Origin: a virus
Taxonomy: Duplodnaviria; Caudoviricetes
DNA: 64,000 bases
Strand: one strand, 5' to 3'
IMG/VR virus record: IMGVR_UViG_3300027286_000002
Each line of letters opens with the position of its first letter. The stretch's first letter is position 1. The notes below the pieces were generated by a model that saw only the letters and a program-made list of their open reading frames with translations, did no database searches and had not been told where the DNA came from. The position numbers and the translations under genes are program-made. Positions 57,413-64,000 of the stretch are shown here, one piece after another.

Positions 57413-57736
57413 ATGGCTGTCTATAATAATAAAAGCAAAGGCATGAATTTTTGGATTAGACCAACAGGACAAAACACTTTAAAAGGTGTTGAGGATAATG
57501 AATTTAATCCACCTGTTTTACCTGCTACTCTTATTCAAGAATTACTCAGCGATTATCCTGATGCTCGTAAAGGTTTCTTAGAACTTTTACCTACCATGTT
57601 GCCTGAAGAACAAGAAAGACTACAAGCTATTGTAGATGATTGTCCTAATGTCATGAAAGACAAACCTAATCACCAGCAACTTGAAGATAACTTTCAATCC
57701 AAATTAAACAAACCTGTGATTAGATTTCCAAAATGA
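57413..57736 (+). CDS. Hypothetical protein
   Basis: Start moved to MAVYNNK, after GAAAGGGA. Confidence 0.6.
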   Translation: MAVYNNKSKGMNFWIRPTGQNTLKGVEDNEFNPPVLPATLIQELLSDYPDARKGFLELLPTMLPEEQERLQAIVDDCPNVMKDKPNHQQLEDNFQSKLNKPVIRFPK

Positions 57737-58014
57737 TTAAAATTGATAAGATGCCACTACAATCTAAAAAGTTTATCGCATACCTTATTAGTGAGATAGG
57801 CTGGAAGATTACTTTATTTTACTTGCTATGGAAAATTCAAGGTCAAATTGATCCATCTGATCTCACTCTTTTAATTACCATTGTCTTAACAAGTGGTTTT
57901 ATTCAGATAGGTTATATACTTGGTCAAACTGCTTTAGATAAATATGTACAAATGTCTTTAAGAGATGATGACGATGATGACGATGATGATGATAAGAAAC
58001 CTACTGCAAAATAG
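57733..58014 (+). CDS. Two-TM protein with poly-Asp tail, holin-like
   Basis: Two hydrophobic helices. Run of about 10 Asp at 57964-57993. Confidence 0.5.
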   Translation: MIKIDKMPLQSKKFIAYLISEIGWKITLFYLLWKIQGQIDPSDLTLLITIVLTSGFIQIGYILGQTALDKYVQMSLRDDDDDDDDDDKKPTAK

Positions 58015-58543
58015 GTGATACACCTAAATCATAATGAACTAAACTTTTAAAGAATGGTGACATCATAGCATTTTCTAAAATCTCATCTTCTGTTCTTTTA
58101 ATAACAAGTCCATCATCTGTCTTTTCAATATTGCCTAAAAACACTTTGGCAAAATTATCTACTGTCACAAATAAAACTACAACACCATTTCCGTGCTTTA
58201 CTTCTTTGGTATCTAAATCCCTTCTTGTATATCCTGTTTCACAGACTACCATATATCCAATAGGTTTTCTATAATCCACGATATTACGAATGATGCCACT
58301 CCAATCTTTCTTTGAATACTTTAAATATGTCATTTGACCATCTTCAAAATCTAAGAAATATGGTAGATCAGGTGATAAAGTGTTAATATCATCTTCATCT
58401 TCAGGTGTTAAAGTTACCAAAAATGCAGGCATAGGATTTTCAGCAGACCACTCTGCACTCTTATCCCAATTGTTTAAGAAACTCTCTGCTAATCCCATTG
58501 TCCAATCAATCGTTTGATCTACAAAATTATCTTTATCACTCAT
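58001..58543 (-). CDS. Hypothetical protein
   Basis: 180-aa ORF with SD AAGGA. Confidence 0.6.
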   Translation of the reverse strand: MSDKDNFVDQTIDWTMGLAESFLNNWDKSAEWSAENPMPAFLVTLTPEDEDDINTLSPDLPYFLDFEDGQMTYLKYSKKDWSGIIRNIVDYRKPIGYMVVCETGYTRRDLDTKEVKHGNGVVVLFVTVDNFAKVFLGNIEKTDDGLVIKRTEDEILENAMMSPFFKSLVHYDLGVSPILQ

Positions 58544-58595
58544 TTTAGTTAAATCCTTGTTTAAAGAGATGTGAAAGGTATTATGTCTTATAATA

Positions 58596-59753
58596 TTAAA
58601 ATAAAGTATTCATAGGTTCTACTTGAATTTTATTTTTTACTTTACCTTTGCTCCATACAAACATAGGCTCATAAATTACATCTTCACTTGTTGTATGTTC
58701 GCCCGGTCTTGACTGCATACCATATCCAATCACACCTTCATATGTATATCCCAACTTTAAAGCATGATCTAACATCTGTTTACAAAATGGTGTTTTAGAT
58801 ACATCATTAATATTTAAAATAAGACGACCACCATCTTGCAACCAATCATATGACTTTGCCATGACTTTAAATAAAAATCCATTAAGCCATCTTTCTACAC
58901 TGCTACCATATCTTTTCCACGACTGTGTTGATTCTTCTGAATATCTTTCACGATCAAAATAAGGTGGTGATGTAAAAACCATATCAAATTGATTTGGTTC
59001 TAACTCAACATCTTCAGCTGGCTGGCAAAGAAATTTTGTTTTCTTATTATGTCTATAATAATTATTAATACCTGCATAATGTGGATGCAAAGCTGTATTT
59101 GGATCAATGCCTGTATATGAATCAATATTAGATGCCAAAGCACCTACAAGTCTATCTCCCCATCCCATAGACAGATCAAGTACATTTTTACAATCAAACA
59201 TCTCATAAATAGCTTTTGCACACATAGGTGAAAATTGACTTGCTACATATCCACTTGAATTTGAGATTGTTGCTCTTAATGTCTTTGGTGATACATTCTC
59301 ACATACATTATAAAGAAACCTAAATACAGATGTTCTTTTTTCCCATGAGTTAATAGGTGATAAACCACGATCTTTAGCTTCACATTTCATTCTTTCCACC
59401 TGTGTGAAATTATCTGAACATGATCTGCCTACAAGGTTTGGCAACAAACCTAAATACCTACCATCATAAGTGAAATCAAAGGCAGGTATTTCTAGTCTAT
59501 GACTTGACCATTTGGCATAAGAGATGATGCCATAATGATGTGTATTTTTTAGCTTTGAGAACTCATCTTTTAGACCAAGTTCTGTGTATTCCTTATATGG
59601 AAAAGGAATATTATGTTTCACAATTAAAGAATGAATGTAGTTTTGCACATCATGTCTTTGATGGTGTTTTTTGATCAAATCCCAATATTGCTGGTTGATA
59701 GATAGTTTACCATCTTTAAGGAAAATATCTTCTCTTAAATAGTTTTCTTCCAT
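58596..59753 (-). CDS. Amino DNA methyltransferase (phage type)
   Basis: VLDLSMGWGDRL (motif I), GIDPN, FDMVFTSPPYF (motif IV). Confidence 0.85.
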   Translation of the reverse strand: MEENYLREDIFLKDGKLSINQQYWDLIKKHHQRHDVQNYIHSLIVKHNIPFPYKEYTELGLKDEFSKLKNTHHYGIISYAKWSSHRLEIPAFDFTYDGRYLGLLPNLVGRSCSDNFTQVERMKCEAKDRGLSPINSWEKRTSVFRFLYNVCENVSPKTLRATISNSSGYVASQFSPMCAKAIYEMFDCKNVLDLSMGWGDRLVGALASNIDSYTGIDPNTALHPHYAGINNYYRHNKKTKFLCQPAEDVELEPNQFDMVFTSPPYFDRERYSEESTQSWKRYGSSVERWLNGFLFKVMAKSYDWLQDGGRLILNINDVSKTPFCKQMLDHALKLGYTYEGVIGYGMQSRPGEHTTSEDVIYEPMFVWSKGKVKNKIQVEPMNTLF

Positions 59754-59794
59754 TTTATTCCTTTGGTTTAAAGAGTATCGTATCTTATATTATA

Positions 59795-59989
59795 TTAATA
59801 TCCGTCTTTAAACCAACCTGCTCCTTTTAATGAAAAGCTACTTGGCAATAAAATCTTTTCTAACTCACCATCACATTCTATTTTTGGTTCTACTTCTTTA
59901 CATACCTTTGGCTGTGGTGTTGAGATTGTGCTTAATCTTACTGTCACTTCTCTTTCGCATTTTTTACATTTATAGCTATACATTGGCAT
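59795..59989 (-). CDS. FmdB-family zinc-ribbon protein
   Basis: MPMYSYKCKKC...C...C...SSFSLKGAGWF. Confidence 0.85.
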   Translation of the reverse strand: MPMYSYKCKKCEREVTVRLSTISTPQPKVCKEVEPKIECDGELEKILLPSSFSLKGAGWFKDGY

Positions 59990-60170
59990 TTTTCTTTTTA
60001 CTCATTTCTTTGATGTAGTCATCAAGTTGTCTTAGTATTCTTCTTAAAGGATCAACATCACCATTGTCTAATCTACTGACTTTAGATTGTACAAATCGTA
60101 TCTGATTTCTAATCTCATCTAAATTCTTTTGTATTATCTTTAAATCTCTATTATTTTTTTCTTCTTCCAT
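59976..60170 (-). CDS. Small coiled-coil protein
   Basis: Heptad pattern. Confidence 0.5.
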   Translation of the reverse strand: MEEEKNNRDLKIIQKNLDEIRNQIRFVQSKVSRLDNGDVDPLRRILRQLDDYIKEMSKKKNANV

Positions 60171-60182
60171 AAAGGCACTCTC

Positions 60183-60671
60183 ATGTTTGTTATTGATTAT
60201 GAACAGATTTTACAACAAGTTAGAAAACAAAGTTTTGAATATTTTACTAGAACTGCCAAAGAGATGCTAGTTTTTTGGTTTGAAGATGCCTGTAAAGATG
60301 ATCTTTTTGATTTTCCTGTAGTTTACATCTCTCTTACCTTTAAAGGTTTTAATTATGAAGAAGGCAGTCTTATCTTTACTTCAGATCCACCTGAACTTAT
60401 AAATGAGAAAGGTATCTTAGATGATAGTACATATCATATTATTCAAAATAAAATAGAAAGCAATTTAAGTACATTAAGCTATGTTTACTGTTATCAAGCA
60501 AATGGTGTTTTGCATATTCATTATGAAGATCTCAATGGTTTAATAGATTTTAAATTAAATTTTAAAGTTAATGATGATCATACTGTTAGTTTCTTTGAAG
60601 AACATACAGATGAAAATCCCATTAGGTTTAAACTGCTCGCAAACTTCTTTAAAGATGATAAACTACAATGA
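60183..60671 (+). CDS. Hypothetical protein
   Basis: 162-aa ORF. Confidence 0.6.
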   Translation: MFVIDYEQILQQVRKQSFEYFTRTAKEMLVFWFEDACKDDLFDFPVVYISLTFKGFNYEEGSLIFTSDPPELINEKGILDDSTYHIIQNKIESNLSTLSYVYCYQANGVLHIHYEDLNGLIDFKLNFKVNDDHTVSFFEEHTDENPIRFKLLANFFKDDKLQ

Positions 60672-60958
60672 TTGACTTTACATATTTTGACCATAAAGGA
60701 TCTTTAGATGAGTATGATGTATTACTCACTGTTCTGGCTTATTTTGATATTTATCTAGCTAAACAAGTAGCAAGACTTTTATTTATTGAAGAAGATGAAC
60801 TTGTAGGCATATTGAAATACCATACTGACCATAAAGATATAAAACAATTTATTGACTATGCAGAGAAGAATAAAGATAAGTTCTTTTCGGAATATTTAGA
60901 TTACTTAGGTAATGATTTTATCAATAAAGATGATATTATTAAAATAATCGGTGTTTAG
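60668..60958 (+). CDS. Hypothetical protein
   Basis: ATGA coupling. Confidence 0.55.
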   Translation: MIDFTYFDHKGSLDEYDVLLTVLAYFDIYLAKQVARLLFIEEDELVGILKYHTDHKDIKQFIDYAEKNKDKFFSEYLDYLGNDFINKDDIIKIIGV

Positions 60959-61874
60959 CTTTTTTCTTAATAACAGGTTTGCCATAAAATCCTGACAGCC
61001 ATAAGGTTTTTAAAAACCTTTCTTTTTGTTTATCATCTAAACGATTAGGTGTTAAAAACCATAATCTAAAAGTTTCTGCAAAATCTTCATTTGCATTATA
61101 ATGCAATTTACTTGGCAATCCCAAATCTACTTGAAAATCTAATTCTTCAAGAAATCTTTCCACTTTCCCACTCTCAAATTCAGCTCGATTAAATAAATCT
61201 AAAATTTCTTCAGGATACTCATCAAAACTGACATCACGATTTTCAGGATTTAAAAAGAACTCTTCAATATCAGTAGACAAAAAACCATCCCATGTAAATG
61301 GTTTCCTTTGACTAAGATGTTCAAAAAAAGCATCATCATCCATTTCATTTTCATTTAGGTAAAATGAAAATAAGAGAAATAGTTTAATATGATCTGCTAG
61401 ATTTTTAAATCTAATTTTAGAAATATCACCATCTACAGTAAAAAGTTCTTTGATTACTTTCATAATGAAAGGTCTATTATTTTTGAGAGCATTAAAATTA
61501 TATTCTAACCATGGGGTTTGCCAAAACTTTAATGCCTCAATATGCAGGTTTTCTTGTAAAGCATGACCTATTTCATGAATCAAGGTATTATAGTAAATAG
61601 GATACTCATTCTGAAAAACATCTGTTTTAGACGATTGGTCTATGATATACATTGTTTTTCTACTAGGTACATAAATACCTAACTCTGTACTATAATCTAT
61701 ACTTGGACTATATGGACGAAGAGCAATCCTTTGCAATACTTTTTTTAAATCCCTTACTCCTCTCATTTTTACTTTTATTAAAACATCTTCTACAATGTTT
61801 AATAACTTATTTTCGGATTCAGGATTTTCTAAAGTAGACTCTACTTTAAAACCATTGATTTGAAAGTTCTTCAT
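60939..61874 (-). CDS. Zincin-like metallopeptidase
   Basis: LIHEIGHAL (HExxH) and downstream NEDFAETF. Confidence 0.75.
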   Translation of the reverse strand: MKNFQINGFKVESTLENPESENKLLNIVEDVLIKVKMRGVRDLKKVLQRIALRPYSPSIDYSTELGIYVPSRKTMYIIDQSSKTDVFQNEYPIYYNTLIHEIGHALQENLHIEALKFWQTPWLEYNFNALKNNRPFIMKVIKELFTVDGDISKIRFKNLADHIKLFLLFSFYLNENEMDDDAFFEHLSQRKPFTWDGFLSTDIEEFFLNPENRDVSFDEYPEEILDLFNRAEFESGKVERFLEELDFQVDLGLPSKLHYNANEDFAETFRLWFLTPNRLDDKQKERFLKTLWLSGFYGKPVIKKKAKHRLF

Positions 61875-61887
61875 TTTTTACAGACCT

Positions 61888-63180
61888 TTAAAAGTATCTT
61901 CTTTGAAATCTTGCCTGATTGGCTAACCTTGCTCGATTGGATAATCTTGCTCGATTGGCTACTTTGGTAGCATAACTGTATGGATTATTACTATCATCAT
62001 TAATATCAGTTACATTCTCAAAAAGATCTTTGTTTGGTGATGTACTATCGACTACTTTTTGTAATTCTTCTGAAGCATCATCAGTATCTTTCAATTCCCT
62101 TTGATGAGTATTCATTCGATATGCTTCATCTTGTTTAGGAATAATAATCTGTGCAATTTCATGTGGATTATCTTCATCAAATGGTTTTCTTGCTACACCT
62201 AAACTATCTGTACAAGCATTTAAACATGGCAATAAAGTCTTGATTGGTAAATCCATCCATACAACAGGCATCTTAATAGATGTATCACCACCACCTTTAT
62301 TGCTTTTTAGCCATTCTGAAATACCTTTAGCATTTTCATCTTGTACTAAATTCAATAAGGTTGGTTCATCTGGATTTGATGATAATGTTGTCATGCTTTC
62401 TGTTGAAAAAGCATTAACCAATCCAATCGCTGCCCATCTGTGATGTCCATCAATAATATAACCTTCTTTTGATACAATAGTTACATTATCAGGATCAAAT
62501 GTTGCCAATCCTTTGAATTTACCTAATAAGTAATTTTGTGCCATACCAAAGGATTTAGCAAAATTAATTTCTGATTGTGTTGGTTTCAATGAACCTGCTT
62601 TTACAGCTACTTGCTTTACAGCTACAGGCATTGGTTTATCTGCTGATCTTTGATGATATTTAGTCACACCATCATATCCTATTTCCATATCTGCAATACC
62701 TAGTTTTTTAGCTTGTACTGCATTTAAACTTGTGATCTCAATAAGTTTGCCTTGCAATTCTTTCTTAATTGATGGAATTGATGGAATTTCAGCATATCTT
62801 GCTCGATAAGCATCTTTTGGTGGATTTTGCCAATCAATAAGACCATTCTTTAAATTCTTTGTCACTACCTGTAAATTTTTACCTTCTAATACAGGCATTT
62901 CCATTCTAGGAATAGCTTTTCTTCCTGCACATAATGCAGGATCTGCACTACAAAAATCTACTTTCAATTTCGCACTTTTTGTAATCAATCCATTTGTAGA
63001 ATTTGATAACTGATTTGGATATAAAGCATATGCTAATACCAATGATCTTAATCCCATTCTATCATCATCTTGCAACTTGATATTATTTGCTCTTAATACC
63101 ATCTTTGCTGTTCTTAAAATACTACGACCTTCTGTAGATTGTAGATATGCTTTAATTTGTCTTGCTTCTCTTGTTAGCAT
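61888..63180 (-). CDS. ParB/Srx-like domain protein
   Basis: LKPTQSEI...IVSKEGYIIDGHHRWAA. Start moved to MLTREA, after GAAAGGA. Confidence 0.72.
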   Translation of the reverse strand: MLTREARQIKAYLQSTEGRSILRTAKMVLRANNIKLQDDDRMGLRSLVLAYALYPNQLSNSTNGLITKSAKLKVDFCSADPALCAGRKAIPRMEMPVLEGKNLQVVTKNLKNGLIDWQNPPKDAYRARYAEIPSIPSIKKELQGKLIEITSLNAVQAKKLGIADMEIGYDGVTKYHQRSADKPMPVAVKQVAVKAGSLKPTQSEINFAKSFGMAQNYLLGKFKGLATFDPDNVTIVSKEGYIIDGHHRWAAIGLVNAFSTESMTTLSSNPDEPTLLNLVQDENAKGISEWLKSNKGGGDTSIKMPVVWMDLPIKTLLPCLNACTDSLGVARKPFDEDNPHEIAQIIIPKQDEAYRMNTHQRELKDTDDASEELQKVVDSTSPNKDLFENVTDINDDSNNPYSYATKVANRARLSNRARLANQARFQRRYF

Positions 63181-63236
63181 TTTGGACTGTCCTTTCTTTA
63201 TAAAAAGTTTCATCTATCATTTAAATTATAAATGAT

Positions 63237-63998
63237 TTATCTAAATCTTTGTCTTAATAAATAAAGATTGGTTTCATGTGCATTCGCTGTTGCCATAATG
63301 AAATCATCCATACCTAATGACATTTGATCTTCTAGTTCATCATAAACTACTTCAAATAAATCTTGTAGAAATTCTTCTACACATAATGCTCTATGTAATG
63401 GATCTGTTGATGCTTCACTAATAGCTTTTACTTGCATTGTCATTTCTTCCATCTGTGCATTTAAATCTACTGCTTCTGCTCCAAATTCAGCTACAATCTT
63501 TTCTGCCAAAGCATCAATTTCTTCAGGTAAGCTATTATATAACTTATCCATCAATAAATGATCTCCATAATATGGCATACCTTTGACTTGCCAATGGCTT
63601 GTCCAATGACTTAAATGTGCTGATCTTAATCCTGCTAATAACATTAACAGCATTTGTAACTTATTCGCTTGCATACAGGCTCTCCTTGTTTTTAATCTCT
63701 GATATTTCTCAGGATGTTTTCTTCTTTGTTTCTGATACATCTTTAGTTTAACTTTATTTTTTCTTTGATATTGTCTTACATTTCGCTTTATCTTAAAACG
63801 ATTTTTCTGATAATACCTTTTAGCATCTCTTCTTTCCTGTCCTCTTTGCTTATGTTGTCTTTCCTGCCTTCTAGGTGGTCTCCATTCTATACCAGCCTCT
63901 TTTTCTTCATAGGCTGTCATCGTTCTTCTTTGATTCAACATTGTACCTTGATCTATATATGGATGTCCATATTGATCACCCGGCACTCCTGTTGTTCT
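63237..63998 (-). CDS. Basic N-terminal region fused to a Dps/ferritin-like domain (5' truncated by window edge)
   Basis: Frame is open to the window edge. HW-x-x-HWQVKG..YYGDH...D.LAEK Dps-like signature. R/K/Q-rich upstream segment. Confidence 0.7.
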   Translation of the reverse strand, partial: RTTGVPGDQYGHPYIDQGTMLNQRRTMTAYEEKEAGIEWRPPRRQERQHKQRGQERRDAKRYYQKNRFKIKRNVRQYQRKNKVKLKMYQKQRRKHPEKYQRLKTRRACMQANKLQMLLMLLAGLRSAHLSHWTSHWQVKGMPYYGDHLLMDKLYNSLPEEIDALAEKIVAEFGAEAVDLNAQMEEMTMQVKAISEASTDPLHRALCVEEFLQDLFEVVYDELEDQMSLGMDDFIMATANAHETNLYLLRQRFR

Positions 63999-64000
63999 CG

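Noticed and set aside
631-62443. Numerous short antisense or nested ORFs in the track (e.g. 631, 3678, 4515, 7714, 19443, 34342, 36548, 54343, 62240)
   Set aside because: They lie wholly within longer, motif-supported genes, lack SD sites and look like shadow frames.
1-64000. Nucleocytovirus (eukaryotic giant virus) origin
   Set aside because: Despite the DUF5824-like gene, there are SD motifs, coupled ATGA overlaps, a sigma factor, a baseplate spike and peptidoglycan hydrolases, all indicating a bacteriophage.
1-64000. CRISPR array, rRNA, integrase/transposase, stop-codon recoding
   Set aside because: No regularly spaced repeats or such motifs seen. Recognisable genes are full-length in the standard code.

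Overview
A 64-kb segment of a large, AT-rich (roughly 28-30% GC by eye) tailed-phage genome, most likely a jumbo myovirus. Support: a gp5/gpV-like spike, a CHAP-bearing baseplate-type protein, a neck/adaptor protein, bacterial Shine-Dalgarno motifs (AAGGA), dense short genes on both strands and the standard genetic code. A 1.7-kaa surface protein ending in a MYXO-CTERM-like signal points to a Myxococcota-type host (inference). Recognisable genes: UvrD-family helicase, three DNA methyltransferases, IMPDH/GMPR-family enzyme, PurA, thymidine kinase, nucleoside deoxyribosyltransferase-like protein, thermonuclease, SLT transglycosylase, Ntn hydrolase plus GGCT, a divergent QueC-like enzyme coupled to a 2OG-Fe(II) oxygenase fusion, a flavoprotein, ECF-like sigma factor(s), ParB-like, zincin and Dps-like proteins, a mini-intein, tRNA-Glu(UUC), tRNA-Lys(UUU) and a tRNA relic. 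Strongest unexplained signals: (1) a shared terminal or linker motif (R/K-hydrophobic-A-S... and K/R-x-A) on about 18 unrelated proteins, suggesting a capsid-packaging/maturation tag for a large injected proteome; (2) the MYXO-CTERM giant protein; (3) codon-pair avoidance of CCWGG and GCWGC; (4) a four-copy bipartite promoter-like motif; (5) a possible GMP-to-AMP rerouting pathway; (6) a tandem duplication with a fossil breakpoint. All family assignments come from motif recognition, not database searches.
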